From Rickettsiales bacterium (GTDB lineage: Bacteria > Pseudomonadota > Alphaproteobacteria > Rickettsiales > SXRF01), in contig JAJTHB010000005.1 of NCBI GenBank assembly GCA_021299465.1, positions 254,971-318,970 on the forward strand: 64,000 bases of DNA. Direction: 5' to 3'. Shown here in pieces: positions 47,810 to 58,486 of the stretch. A program made the position numbers and the translations under genes. The notes beneath the pieces are model-generated. The model did not search any database. It worked only from the letters and a program-made list of their open reading frames with translations, and had not been told where the DNA came from. Within the stretch, counting starts at the first letter, position 1. Each line of letters starts with the position of its first letter.

Positions 47810-48831
47810 GCTGCAAGTGGCCAGCGTGCCCGCGGTTCAAACGATAAATCATCTGTCATACCAAGCCTGAAACGCTCCATGCCAGCCCAGGCGATCATCG
47901 CTGCATTATCGGTGCATAAAGCAATAGGTGGGGCACTCAGCAGCAGATCATGCTCGGCGCATATGCCCTCGAGCGCACCACGAATAAATTGATTCGCCGC
48001 GACGCCGCCAGCAAGCACCATCGATTGAATGGCAGGTTGAGAGATTTTTGCCATTTTGATAGCGTTAAGGCTTCGCTCGCATACCGTGTTGGCAACGGTT
48101 TGCTGAAATGAAGCGCAAATATCTTGAATTGTTTTTTGGTTTAATTGGTTTAATGCCTGAAGTTCTTTGACCACTGTGCGCACAGCTGTTTTGAGTCCTG
48201 AGAAAGAAAAATCGCAGCCCGGCCTGCCTTTGAGTGGTTGTGAGAATGCATACGCAAAAGGATTACCCAGTTTTGCCAATGCTTCCACGGCTGGCCCGCC
48301 CGGGTAACCAAGCCCAAGGAGCTTCGCGGTTTTGTCGAAGGCTTCACCGAGCGCATCATCCATCGTGCCGCCAAGACGCTGGTAACGACCAACTCCTTCA
48401 ACCATTAGAAACTGGCAATGACCACCGGAAACAAGTAGCAGCAGATAAGGAAAAGGGGTGTCTTGTGTTAGCCGCACTGTGAGCGCATGCCCCTCAAGAT
48501 GATTGACGGCAATGAAAGGTTTGCGGTAGCTGCTGGCAATGGCTTTAGCGGTCATTACACCCACAATAACACCACCGATAAGCCCAGGGCCACCGGTTGC
48601 TGCAATCGCATCCACATCAGCAAAGCTGACTTTTGCTTCTGATAAGGCGCGGGTTATCACCTGATCCAGATAATCCATGTGTGCGCGCGCGGCAATCTCC
48701 GGCACAACACCGCCATAAGCCAGATGTTCTTTGGTCTGCGAAAGCACAATATTCGACAGAATACGACGATCATCAGCGACGATGGCCGCTGCTGTTTCGT
48801 CACAACTGGTTTCAATGCCGAGTATGAGCAT
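47806..48831 (-). CDS. tsaD: tRNA threonylcarbamoyltransferase TsaD
   Basis: [41 protein letters not shown]. Confidence 0.98.
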   Translation of the reverse strand: MLILGIETSCDETAAAIVADDRRILSNIVLSQTKEHLAYGGVVPEIAARAHMDYLDQVITRALSEAKVSFADVDAIAATGGPGLIGGVIVGVMTAKAIASSYRKPFIAVNHLEGHALTVRLTQDTPFPYLLLLVSGGHCQFLMVEGVGRYQRLGGTMDDALGEAFDKTAKLLGLGYPGGPAVEALAKLGNPFAYAFSQPLKGRPGCDFSFSGLKTAVRTVVKELQALNQLNQKTIQDICASFQQTVANTVCERSLNAIKMAKISQPAIQSMVLAGGVAANQFIRGALEGICAEHDLLLSAPPIALCTDNAAMIAWAGMERFRLGMTDDLSFEPRARWPLAA

Positions 48832-48868
48832 GGTTGCTTGTTACTGGCTGTTGGTGTTAACTGGCAAG

Positions 48869-49762
48869 ATGAAAATACGTCTTGGAACAAGAAAAAGCGC
48901 GCTAGCGCTGGCACAATCAGAGGAAGTAAAGGCAAAGCTTCTTGCGGCTTGGCCGCATCTGGAGGTCGAGCTGGTCAAAATCACCACTAGCGGTGATAAA
49001 TTTACGGAGTTTCCACTTGCCGATATTGGCGGCAAAGGCCTGTTTACTAAGGAAATTGAAGAGGCATTGCTTAATCGATCAATCGATATCGCCGTACACT
49101 CAATGAAAGATATGCCAACCGTTCTACCAGACGGACTGACGATTGGCGCGATGCTGAAGCGAGAAGATCCACGTGATGTCCTGATCGGCAGGCAATGCTT
49201 ATCGGATATTCCCAAAGGTGCAACCTTTGGCACAGCATCGCTCAGGCGAGCAGCACAAATCCTTATGAAACGGCCAGACCTTTCAATCGTTACACTACGC
49301 GGCAATGTTGAAACTCGCCTCAGCAAGGTTCAGAAAGGCCTTATCGGTGCAACCATGCTTGCACAGGCAGGCTTGAACCGTCTGGGTATCAAAGGGGCAG
49401 GGGCAGCACTTTCCACCGATGAATTTCTTCCTGCCATAGCACAGGGCGCCGTGGGGATTGAATGTCGTATGGGTGATCAGAGGATTAATGATTTGCTCGC
49501 TGTCATTACCAACGAAACAACCGTTCGGGCCGTGGATTGTGAACGCGCATTCCTGAAGGTGCTCGATGGCTCATGTCGCACGCCTATTGCGGGTTATGCC
49601 CATTTAAATGGCGACGAAATTCAATTTCGCGGCCTGATTGCAAAACCAGATGGCAGCGCACATCACACAGTGACCTTGGAAGACCGGGCAATCAATTTCC
49701 GTGAACTTGGTGAAGAGGCGGGGCGGTTATTGCTCGCTAAAGCCGGCAAACATTTTATTTAG
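48869..49762 (+). CDS. hemC: Hydroxymethylbilane synthase
   Basis: GTRKSALA, GGKGLFTKE, VHSMKD, LRGNVETR, LDGSCRTPI. Confidence 0.97.
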   Translation: MKIRLGTRKSALALAQSEEVKAKLLAAWPHLEVELVKITTSGDKFTEFPLADIGGKGLFTKEIEEALLNRSIDIAVHSMKDMPTVLPDGLTIGAMLKREDPRDVLIGRQCLSDIPKGATFGTASLRRAAQILMKRPDLSIVTLRGNVETRLSKVQKGLIGATMLAQAGLNRLGIKGAGAALSTDEFLPAIAQGAVGIECRMGDQRINDLLAVITNETTVRAVDCERAFLKVLDGSCRTPIAGYAHLNGDEIQFRGLIAKPDGSAHHTVTLEDRAINFRELGEEAGRLLLAKAGKHFI

Positions 49763-50661
49763 TTTGGCATCGCTGGCGCTGCAGAACCCTGACTATTGAT
49801 CAGCTGCAGATTGTCCCACGCGCGCTCGTAAAACACCTTGCTATCTGTAAGCGCCATGTTCAGGTAGGCCTTGGCGAGCTGATCATCCTTGGCCAGATGC
49901 GCATAGAGTCCGAGGTTGTTATTCAGTTCAGCGCCAGTAAAATAACGCTGCGCGATCTCTTTTGCTTCGTTTACTTTTCCTGCTGTTGCATAGACCAGAG
50001 ATAAATTTAACTCGATACGCTTGCGCTCAATATTTCCGATGCCAGCAAGGCTTACTGATCTTAGCAGGCTTGCAATCGCTGCATCGTACTGTTTGGCAAG
50101 CGCAAGCGAAAGGCCGGTGTTATTAAGCACCGATGCGCTGCTTGGGTTTTGTTTTAGGGCTTCAGTGAAGTAAGCCTGCGCCTCTGGTTGCATACCTCGC
50201 ATGGAGAAAAGGATCCCCAGAGCATTAAGCGTTCGCCAACGCTTGGGTTCGGATTTAATGACCTCATCAAGCAGCAGGACGGGTGCTTCAAAATCCCCCA
50301 TTTCCATCAGTGCCAGGGCTTTACCTTCCTTGGCGGGGATATAAGCAGCATCCAAAGCCAAAGCGGCGTCATACACAGCGATCGCCTTTTGAAGATTACC
50401 AGAACGCCGGTAACTCTCTGCGAGGGAAACCATCCATACTTTATTATCAGGTTCTTTTTCCAGTGCCTGCTCATAAAACTGTGCGGCGCTGGCGTAATCC
50501 CCCTGCGATTCAGCTTGTGCTGCACTTGCTGCCATCGTTTCAGACACAGTTGGAACCTTTGGCCCCTCAATGCTTGAGAGCACTTTCTTGGCATCAATAG
50601 CGCCTACACCGCCTTCGCACCCAAATAATAATAAGCTGGCAAATAAAATAGGATATCGCAT
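49759..50661 (-). CDS. TPR lipoprotein (TadD/CpaO-like)
   Basis: Lipobox LFGC, multiple TPRs, NNTGLSLAL, NLSLVY, NNLGLY. Confidence 0.7.
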   Translation of the reverse strand: MRYPILFASLLLFGCEGGVGAIDAKKVLSSIEGPKVPTVSETMAASAAQAESQGDYASAAQFYEQALEKEPDNKVWMVSLAESYRRSGNLQKAIAVYDAALALDAAYIPAKEGKALALMEMGDFEAPVLLLDEVIKSEPKRWRTLNALGILFSMRGMQPEAQAYFTEALKQNPSSASVLNNTGLSLALAKQYDAAIASLLRSVSLAGIGNIERKRIELNLSLVYATAGKVNEAKEIAQRYFTGAELNNNLGLYAHLAKDDQLAKAYLNMALTDSKVFYERAWDNLQLINSQGSAAPAMPN

Positions 50662-50738
50662 GCCAATGCTGTATCGCTAAAGCGATGAAGTTGCAAATCA
50701 TTTGCCTAAGTCTGTTGGCTTGTTTATAGTTATTTTGC

Positions 50739-51692
50739 ATGAACGCCGCTCTCATCAAAAACCTTAATAAGCCTTTTAGCCAACATCACCTGCTCGGTAT
50801 CGATGGCCTTTCGCGCGATGACGCTATGACCATCCTGTCACTCGCCCAGAGCTACATCGATAAAAACCGCGCGACCGATAAGAAGCACGCCATTCTCAAA
50901 GGTCGCACGCTGATTAATCTCTTTTTTGAAAATTCCACCCGTACCCGTACCTCGTTTGAACTAGCGGGCAAACGACTTGGCGCCGATGTAATCAACATGT
51001 CGGTCGCAGGGTCATCAACGAAAAAAGGTGAGACGTTGATTGATACCGCGATGACGCTCAACGCCATGCACCCTGATTTCATCGCTGTTCGTCACTCTGA
51101 ATCAGGTGCGGTACATTTACTGGCAAAGAAGGTTAATTGCTCGGTGATCAACGCCGGTGATGGCTGCCATGAGCACCCAACGCAGGCGCTACTTGATGCA
51201 CTCACGATTTTACAACACCGCGATCAAATTGAAGGCCTTACCGTTGCGATCTGTGGCGATGTGCTTCATAGCCGTGTGGCACGCTCTAATATGAAACTGC
51301 TTAATCTTCTCGGTGCCAAAGTCCGTATCATTGCCCCAGCCACACTAATGCCCACCGCGCCGGAATCGTTTGGTGTCACGCCTTACTTTGATATGAAAAA
51401 AGGTCTGGAAGGTGTGGATATCATCATGATGCTGCGCCTGCAGATGGAGCGTATGCAGCGTAATTTCATTCCCAGCATTCGTGAATACTTCCACTTTTGG
51501 GGGCTGGATCGCAAAAAACTTTCCTATGCCAAACCTGACGCGCTGATTATGCATCCCGGCCCCATCAATCGCGGTGTCGAGATCGATACCGAGCTGGCCG
51601 ATGACATTGACCGCAGCATTATCCTGGATCAGGTCGAGATGGGTGTGGCCGTGCGCCAAGCGGTATTGGAATTACTCTCAAAGCATGCCTAG
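50739..51692 (+). CDS. pyrB: Aspartate carbamoyltransferase catalytic subunit
   Basis: [37 protein letters not shown]. Confidence 0.98.
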   Translation: MNAALIKNLNKPFSQHHLLGIDGLSRDDAMTILSLAQSYIDKNRATDKKHAILKGRTLINLFFENSTRTRTSFELAGKRLGADVINMSVAGSSTKKGETLIDTAMTLNAMHPDFIAVRHSESGAVHLLAKKVNCSVINAGDGCHEHPTQALLDALTILQHRDQIEGLTVAICGDVLHSRVARSNMKLLNLLGAKVRIIAPATLMPTAPESFGVTPYFDMKKGLEGVDIIMMLRLQMERMQRNFIPSIREYFHFWGLDRKKLSYAKPDALIMHPGPINRGVEIDTELADDIDRSIILDQVEMGVAVRQAVLELLSKHA

Positions 51693-53148
51693 CTTTTCAT
51701 TATTCAAACCAGCCGAGTGGATGGGTTGGGTATGCGCATTGTTTGCGATCATTTACAGCTTTAGTTTTGTTTGGATTGCCTTTTCCAGCCTCGGCTATCC
51801 TTACAATCTAGAATGGATGGAAGGGCATTCAATCGAAATTATTCAGCGCCTGCGTGATGGACTGCCTATTTATACCAAACCATCCCTGGAGTTCATCCCC
51901 TACATTTACACACCACTTTATTTCTTTGTTTCTGCGGCCCTTTCATGGATAACTGGCATTGGTTTTTTTCCGGCGCGCCTTCTATCGATAGTATCGACAA
52001 TTGGTGTGGCAATCATCGCTTATCTCTGGGGGAGGCGTGAAGGCGGCAACAAAATCACGGGCATTGTCGCCGCCGGTCTTTACCTTGGAACCTATGGCTT
52101 AAGCAGCCGCTGGTTTGATGTCGGGCGAATCGACAGCTTCTATTTATTGCTAATGGTCTGTGGGCTTTACATTTATTATTTTGGTCAAACGAATCGTAGT
52201 GCTTATTTGGCCGGGCTTTTATTTGCCGGAGCATTTCTGACCAAACAGTCAGCGTTACTGGCGCTTGCTCCACCATTTTTGGCCGCCTTATGGCTGGATC
52301 AGAATCGAGCCTTCAAAGCGGGCTTTGTAGCCTTCTGGGTTACACTGCTTGTTTGTGCATTTTTTGAATGGCAATCGGCAGGGTGGTTTTGGTTTTTTAT
52401 TTATGATGTACCGGCGGGGCACGCATACGATATGCGGATGCTGAGCGGTTTTTGGCTGCGCGATATGAAAGAAATCGTGTTTATGCTAGTGGCCGCACTC
52501 GCATGGCTATTTTATCTCTTTTATCATAACAAACGTATTCTGATCTGGTATAGCGCCTGCATCATCGGCTTTATCGGCAGTGCATATCTCTCGCGGCTAC
52601 ATGCTTTTGGCTGGATGAATGTGCTGATGCCGGCACATTTTATAGCTGCACTATGCGCTGGTTTTGCGATGGTTAAATTATCTTCTGTTCATCCGCGCTA
52701 TGGCCTCATAGTCTCGGTGTTGATTTTAGCCCAATTCGTCTCGATGCGTTATGATCCGGTTCGCTTTATACCTAGCAATGAAGCCGAAGCCAAAGGCCGG
52801 GCATTCTTACAGGAAATCGCCAATATCTCTGGTGATATCCTCTTTGTGGAAACTCAGTATATCCAGACGATTGTCGGTAAAAAAAACTACAGCTTTGGTA
52901 TGGCGGGGTTTGATATTACTCGCTCGGATCTGGGCGAGAAGAATTTCATTAAAGAAGCATTCATAGATGAGATGCGACGTTCAATTGAGAATCAGGAATT
53001 CAGCGCCGTTATTGCTGGCAACTTTCTTCGCTTACGTGAACTGCACGGATTTTATGCAGAAGAACGCACCATTGACTACCCACAGGAGTTTGTGACCGGT
53101 GCTGTTTCCACGCCGCGAGCAAGTGTTCTTACACCAGTAAGAAAATAA
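51685..53148 (+). CDS. Polytopic membrane glycosyltransferase (ArnT/PMT-like, GT-C fold)
   Basis: LEWMEG, YTPLY, ARLLS, GRIDS, TKQS motifs; about 11 TM segments. Confidence 0.7.
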   Translation: MPSFSLFKPAEWMGWVCALFAIIYSFSFVWIAFSSLGYPYNLEWMEGHSIEIIQRLRDGLPIYTKPSLEFIPYIYTPLYFFVSAALSWITGIGFFPARLLSIVSTIGVAIIAYLWGRREGGNKITGIVAAGLYLGTYGLSSRWFDVGRIDSFYLLLMVCGLYIYYFGQTNRSAYLAGLLFAGAFLTKQSALLALAPPFLAALWLDQNRAFKAGFVAFWVTLLVCAFFEWQSAGWFWFFIYDVPAGHAYDMRMLSGFWLRDMKEIVFMLVAALAWLFYLFYHNKRILIWYSACIIGFIGSAYLSRLHAFGWMNVLMPAHFIAALCAGFAMVKLSSVHPRYGLIVSVLILAQFVSMRYDPVRFIPSNEAEAKGRAFLQEIANISGDILFVETQYIQTIVGKKNYSFGMAGFDITRSDLGEKNFIKEAFIDEMRRSIENQEFSAVIAGNFLRLRELHGFYAEERTIDYPQEFVTGAVSTPRASVLTPVRK

Positions 53149-53184
53149 GTTGTCATCGGCGGTAAATGGGATAAGGTTTTGCCC

Positions 53185-54516
53185 ATGACCCAACATTTCG
53201 CCTTACCTACCCATAAGTTAAGCCCTTCACGAAAAGTCGCTTATGTTAACGCGCGGCTGCTTGATCCAGCGAGCGGTATGGACGAAAAAGGCGGCCTGCT
53301 CACCATAGGTTCAACCATTGCTGATTTTGGCAAGGCGATCAAAGAGGGCAACATTCCAGATGATGCCGAGATTATCGACTGCGGGGGGCATTTACTCACC
53401 CCCGGCCTGCTCGATATTCAGGTTCATTTCCGTGAACCCGGACAAGAATTTAAGGAAACAATAGAAACAGGAAGTAAATCGGCCGCCTCCGGCGGTGTAA
53501 CACTGGTTGCCTGCATGCCCAATACCAAGCCGGTGATCGATGACGTATCGCTGGTTGCTTTCATCCATAAGCGCGCACGCGAAACAGCTTATGTGAATGT
53601 GCGCACGTACGCTGCCATCACCAAAGGACAAAAAGGCGATGAAATCACCGAGATGGGGCTGCTTGCGGAAGCTGGCGCGGTAGGTTTTACTGATGATGGG
53701 CTGCCGGTTATGAATGCCGGCGTCATGAGAAAAGCACTTACCTACTCGCGTGAGTTTGGTGTGCCGATTGCTCAACATGCCGAGGATTTACACCTGTCGC
53801 ATGGCAGCTGCATGAATGAAGGTATCGTTTCAGCGCATCTTGGTGTTGCTGGCGCACCTAATGTTGCCGAAGCGGTGATGGTTGAACGCGATATTCTGCT
53901 AGCAGAACTGACAGGTGGCCAATACCATGTGCTGCACATCTCAACAGCAGAAGCTATTGATGCCGTACGCCGCGCTAAAAAGAAGGGCCTTAAGGTTACC
54001 GCTGAAGCCGCCCCACATCATTTCACGCTTACGGATGAAGCCGTTAGAGAATACCGTACATTCAGCAAGATGAATCCACCGCTGCGTGCTGAAAAAGACA
54101 GGCTCGCAGTGATTGAAGGATTAAAAGATGGCACGATTGATGCGATTGCTACCGATCATGCGCCTCATGATCAGGAAAGCAAGCGCGTACCGCTTGCCTC
54201 GGCTGCTTACGGTATTGTCGGCCTGGAGACAATGTTACCGCTCTCGCTTGGGCTTTATCATCAAGGCATCATGCCGCTTCGCGACGTTATCGCAGCGATG
54301 ACCTATAAACCTGCAGATATTATTCATGTCCCCGCAGGCCGTCTTGGAAAAGGCGTTCGGGCGGACCTGACCCTGATTGATCTCGACCGGATCTGGACGA
54401 TGGATCCGGAACAATTCGCAAGTAAATCCCACAACTCGCCATACGACAATTATCAAACCAAGGGGCGAGCTATTCGCACCATCGTTGGCGGCGAAACTGT
54501 CTACAGGCTGGACTAG
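53185..54516 (+). CDS. pyrC: Dihydroorotase (possibly the ATCase-associated PyrC' type)
   Basis: PGLLDIQVHFREPG, MPNT, KMNPPLR, ATDHAPH. Confidence 0.92.
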   Translation: MTQHFALPTHKLSPSRKVAYVNARLLDPASGMDEKGGLLTIGSTIADFGKAIKEGNIPDDAEIIDCGGHLLTPGLLDIQVHFREPGQEFKETIETGSKSAASGGVTLVACMPNTKPVIDDVSLVAFIHKRARETAYVNVRTYAAITKGQKGDEITEMGLLAEAGAVGFTDDGLPVMNAGVMRKALTYSREFGVPIAQHAEDLHLSHGSCMNEGIVSAHLGVAGAPNVAEAVMVERDILLAELTGGQYHVLHISTAEAIDAVRRAKKKGLKVTAEAAPHHFTLTDEAVREYRTFSKMNPPLRAEKDRLAVIEGLKDGTIDAIATDHAPHDQESKRVPLASAAYGIVGLETMLPLSLGLYHQGIMPLRDVIAAMTYKPADIIHVPAGRLGKGVRADLTLIDLDRIWTMDPEQFASKSHNSPYDNYQTKGRAIRTIVGGETVYRLD

Positions 54517-54519
54517 ATC

Positions 54520-55224
54520 ATGCAAAAAAATCCAATTATTTGTGCCATTGATACGACGGATTTACAAAAAGCCGAAGAATTAGCTATATCACTCAAAGGG
54601 CAGGTAGGTGCGCTGAAAATCGGACTGGAATTTTTTTCAGCACACGGTGCGGCAGGCACGGATTTTGTGGCCTCGCACGGCATTCCGATTTTTCTGGATT
54701 TAAAATTTCATGATATTCCAAATACAGTTGCTGGCGCAGTGCGAGCGACAGCGGGGATACGCTGCTTCATGATGACGGTGCACGCCGCAGGAGGCAAAGC
54801 GATGATGAAGGCAGCAAGCGAGGCCTCGATGGAGGTTGCCTCGATCACTGGCAAAGAAAGGCCAATGGTGGTTGGCGTGACCATGCTCACAAGCATGGAT
54901 GGTGCCGATGCAGCAAGTATTGGTGTATCAGGAGCGCTTGAAGAACAGGTGAAGCGGCTTGCGGACCTTGCACAACAATCAGGGCTTGATGGCGTGGTAT
55001 GCTCGCCGCATGAGATCGCATTACTACGCAAGCAATGCGGCGATGATTTTACGTTGGTTGTGCCGGGAATTCGGCCAGAAGGCTCAGAAAACGGCGACCA
55101 GAAGCGTGTGATGACGCCGAAGGAAGCGTTAGCGCAAGGCGCAAATTATCTGGTAATTGGACGCCCTATTACAGGCGCAGCGCATGCCTCCAAAGCAGCC
55201 CAAACGATCGTTTCAAGTTTGTGA
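54520..55224 (+). CDS. pyrF: Orotidine-5'-phosphate decarboxylase
   Basis: FLDLKFHDIPNTV, VPGIRP, VIGRPIT. Confidence 0.97.
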   Translation: MQKNPIICAIDTTDLQKAEELAISLKGQVGALKIGLEFFSAHGAAGTDFVASHGIPIFLDLKFHDIPNTVAGAVRATAGIRCFMMTVHAAGGKAMMKAASEASMEVASITGKERPMVVGVTMLTSMDGADAASIGVSGALEEQVKRLADLAQQSGLDGVVCSPHEIALLRKQCGDDFTLVVPGIRPEGSENGDQKRVMTPKEALAQGANYLVIGRPITGAAHASKAAQTIVSSL

Positions 55225-56156
55225 TGCAGGATCCTGTTATCAGCTATGTTGTGACGGTTTACCGTAAAGAGCCCTATGTTGGCTACACGGTCAAATCACT
55301 ACTTCAGCAGGAAGGTGGATTGCCGTCAGAATATATTTTTGTTGATGATGTATCGCCTGATCGCTCGCTGGATGTCGTTGAGCAGGTAACGCAAGGGATA
55401 CCTAACGTCACCATCATTCGAAACAGCGAAAACAAAGGGCCCAGTATCAGGCTTAATCAGGGTGCCAAACTGGCTCGTGGCCGCTATCTGCAGTTTATTG
55501 ATTCGGATGATATCATGGCAGCCAATGCCTCACTGACGATGCTGAACCTTGCACAGAAGCATGATGCGGATGTCGTCTATGGTCGCTGGAGAAAAACCGA
55601 TATTCTGTCTAAGGATCTGCTGGGCACGCGCATGCATGATGATGCGCCATATAAAGTAAGCGATACCCCATTAGATTTCCAATTTAATGAACGTATCCTT
55701 CGCATGACCCAGCTTGTAGATCGCGATACATTTCATCATTCCGGCGGCTGTGACGAACGGGTATTTATACAGGATGAATCAATCGCGCTGCGGCTTGCGC
55801 GTGTCGCCAAACGTTTTGTGTTGATTGATGAGCCGGTAGTATTGGTGCCTAAAATTGAAGGAGAGCTCTCTGGCAATCGCTCGCAACTCAATCACGATCG
55901 CTACCTTGCTAATCGCCATATGATTACTGATTTTTCTGATCTGAAAGAGGAACATCGCCGCCTGTTTTATCGCCGCTGCGTATCTGCGGCGTGGAAACAG
56001 GTGAGAGACAGTCAGAAATTTCCTGCGGCGTTATTTACTCGCGCTTTTGTACGCTATATGAGGACTCAACTTTTTTTGAACAATGTGAATAATCATGAGC
56101 TCTTAGAGATGGATCGTTTTTTTGCTGATCTGGCAGGGGTTAGGCGTAGTGGCTAG
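55224..56156 (+). CDS. Glycosyltransferase family 2
   Basis: ISYVVTVY, FVDDVSPD, FIDSDD. Confidence 0.88.
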   Translation: MQDPVISYVVTVYRKEPYVGYTVKSLLQQEGGLPSEYIFVDDVSPDRSLDVVEQVTQGIPNVTIIRNSENKGPSIRLNQGAKLARGRYLQFIDSDDIMAANASLTMLNLAQKHDADVVYGRWRKTDILSKDLLGTRMHDDAPYKVSDTPLDFQFNERILRMTQLVDRDTFHHSGGCDERVFIQDESIALRLARVAKRFVLIDEPVVLVPKIEGELSGNRSQLNHDRYLANRHMITDFSDLKEEHRRLFYRRCVSAAWKQVRDSQKFPAALFTRAFVRYMRTQLFLNNVNNHELLEMDRFFADLAGVRRSG

Positions 56157-57375
56157 CGTCTCTTTAATGAGTAAGATGGCATTGTGGGTTCTAGCTTTGA
56201 TGCCATTATTCCTGGCTATCAGCAGGGCGGGAGCGGATATTGCCTTATCGGTGATTGCCATCATTTTTATCCTTCACTCTTTTATTAATAGAAAATGGGA
56301 TTGGCTAAAATCCAATGATGTTTGCCTGCTGCTTATTTTCTGGTTTTATCTCTGCTGCCAGTCATTCTTTTTAACCGATCAGACTATTTCATTACGCATG
56401 ATCGTCTGGATAAGGTTCATTGTGTTTTATGCAGCGCTTTCGCACTGGCTGCTGGTTGATCGGCAGTCCATTCAATTTGTGGCACTTGCCGCCATACCAA
56501 TTATCGCATTGCTAGTTATAGACAGCTACTGGCAATACCTGACCGGTATCTCATTGTCAGGGCGCGAATATCCGCATCCGCATCGTATTGGCGGGCCGAT
56601 GAGCCATCCTAATATTGCGAATCTCCTGCTGAAAACGACAGTTCCACTTTGCGGTATTTGGGTTATTTATGCTGCTAATCTTCGGCAACGTAAATTAGCT
56701 CAATTTGCACTTGCCGTTTTTATTCTGCTACTCGTATCACTTGTCATCGTCAGCGGTGAAAGATCAGCTGCTTTACTGATGCTACTGTCAATGTTGATTA
56801 TCGCTACCACTTTTTTTCTGACCAAACCAGCTTCCAGAAAATATGTTGTTTTATCGACATTACTCTTCGTGGGAATGTATTTGGTCTTACTATCGACACA
56901 AACTGTAGTTCATGCGAGAAGTAGCCAGTTGGTTCATCAGGTTTTTACACTTATGGACACGGTATACGGCCAACTTTTTCAAGCCGCCTTTTATTTATGG
57001 ACCCATAATCCATTTTTTGGAATTGGTACCAGTCAGTTTCTGTCACAATGCCAGGTTGCAGCTGAAGCTTTGTCACTCAATTATTGTGATGTGCATGCTC
57101 ATAACATCTATCTTCAGCTGCTGAGCGAAACTGGCTTGGTCGGCTTTGTATTATTTATAGTTGCCATGGTCTCGGTGGTAAGAACAAGCTTTAGGCACAT
57201 CGCTGCGCCAGTTTTTTTAAAATCTCCACTAATTTTCTCAATTGCCACATTTTGTATATTATTATGGCCAGTCATTATTACACAGAGTCTGTTCACAAAC
57301 TGGCCGGCAATACTTTTTTGGTATAGCCTAAGCCTTGCTGCCTGCTACCCTCGCATATACATAAAATATGAATAA
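56149..57375 (+). CDS. O-antigen ligase (WaaL/Wzy_C family)
   Basis: Multiple TM segments, SGERS, PFFGIG, HAHNIYLQLLSETGLVG. Confidence 0.85.
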   Translation: MASVSLMSKMALWVLALMPLFLAISRAGADIALSVIAIIFILHSFINRKWDWLKSNDVCLLLIFWFYLCCQSFFLTDQTISLRMIVWIRFIVFYAALSHWLLVDRQSIQFVALAAIPIIALLVIDSYWQYLTGISLSGREYPHPHRIGGPMSHPNIANLLLKTTVPLCGIWVIYAANLRQRKLAQFALAVFILLLVSLVIVSGERSAALLMLLSMLIIATTFFLTKPASRKYVVLSTLLFVGMYLVLLSTQTVVHARSSQLVHQVFTLMDTVYGQLFQAAFYLWTHNPFFGIGTSQFLSQCQVAAEALSLNYCDVHAHNIYLQLLSETGLVGFVLFIVAMVSVVRTSFRHIAAPVFLKSPLIFSIATFCILLWPVIITQSLFTNWPAILFWYSLSLAACYPRIYIKYE

Positions 57376-58123
57376 CTTGCCTGCCATATCAGTGTTTATC
57401 ATCGCTTTGAATGAAGCTGATCGTATTGCGGATACGATTGAAAGTGTCAGAGGCTGGGTGGATGAGATTATCGTTATCGATAGCGGAAGCGATGATGATA
57501 CAGTTAAAGTTGCAGAGAAACATGGTGCACGGGTGATATACCACCCATGGCAGGGCTATGGCATGCAAAAACGTTTTGGTGAGGAACAGTGCCGCAATGA
57601 TTGGGTCCTGAACCTTGATGCCGATGAAATTGTGAGCGCATCCCTTAAACAAGAAATCTTACAGGCGCTGCCCGCCACCACACATGCTGGCTTCATGATG
57701 AACATTGTTGAAATTCTGCCAGGCAGAAGCGAGCCAGGCATTGGCGCGCACGTCACACGCGCGGTGCGGCTTTACCGTAAATCCTGCGGCCGCTACAGCG
57801 ATTCAACCGTACATGACCGCGTGCATATGACGAACGGCACGATTGGCGAGCTAACGCATATCGTTGAGCATCGCTCCTCGCGCGGGCTCATGCACAGCCT
57901 TGATAAGATCAACCGCTATTCCACCATGCAGGCAAACGACATGATACAGAAGGGCATGGCGCTTCCATATCTCAGACTTATCACCGAATTTCCGGTTGCT
58001 TTCCTTAAAGCTTATCTCCTTCGTGGCTACGCGCTTAAAGGCACGCAAGGCTTCACCAATGCAATGGTCTATGCCTTCAGCCGCTTCATTCGCATTGCGA
58101 AATATCTAGAAAAAAGGCGCTAG
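57368..58123 (+). CDS. GT2 LPS-core beta-1,4-glucosyltransferase-like (WaaE/LgtF/KdtX family)
   Basis: IIALNE, DSGSDD.T, WVLNLDADE, KINRYS. Confidence 0.85.
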   Translation: MNNLPAISVFIIALNEADRIADTIESVRGWVDEIIVIDSGSDDDTVKVAEKHGARVIYHPWQGYGMQKRFGEEQCRNDWVLNLDADEIVSASLKQEILQALPATTHAGFMMNIVEILPGRSEPGIGAHVTRAVRLYRKSCGRYSDSTVHDRVHMTNGTIGELTHIVEHRSSRGLMHSLDKINRYSTMQANDMIQKGMALPYLRLITEFPVAFLKAYLLRGYALKGTQGFTNAMVYAFSRFIRIAKYLEKRR

Positions 58124-58128
58124 GCATG

Positions 58129-58197
58129 TGTCATGCCGCACTTGTTGCGGCATCTCCATGAATCATTATGAGACCCCGTAATGAATGCGGGGTGACA
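58129..58197. repeat. TGTCA..TGACA double-hairpin palindromic element between convergent genes
   Basis: TGTC-ATGCCGCA-CTTGT-TGCGGCAT-CT..AG-ACCCCGTA-ATGAA-TGCGGGGT-GACA. Confidence 0.8.
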
Positions 58198-58199
58198 GA

Positions 58200-58484
58200 C
58201 TAGGCTGCTTCTTCCTCACGCTCTTCTGCTGATTCAATCATGCCAAGTGCATGCAGGTAGGTATCGAGGATGGTTTCGGCTTCCTCGCGCTCGGATGCAT
58301 CCATTTTACGCATTTTGATGATGGTGCGAATCGCCTTCACATCAAAACCATTGCCTTTGGCTTCGGCAAATACATCACGAATATCCGCGCTGATGCCGGT
58401 TTTTTCTTCTTCCAGTTTCTCCACACGACCAATGATCGACTTCAGTTGATCCACGGCAACGCCGCCAACGCGATTTTTTTTCAT
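58200..58484 (-). CDS. gapR: Nucleoid-associated protein GapR (DUF2312)
   Basis: QLKSIIGRVEKLEEEK, DIRDVFAEAKGNGFD, YLHALGM. Confidence 0.92.
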   Translation of the reverse strand: MKKNRVGGVAVDQLKSIIGRVEKLEEEKTGISADIRDVFAEAKGNGFDVKAIRTIIKMRKMDASEREEAETILDTYLHALGMIESAEEREEEAA

Positions 58485-58486
58485 AA

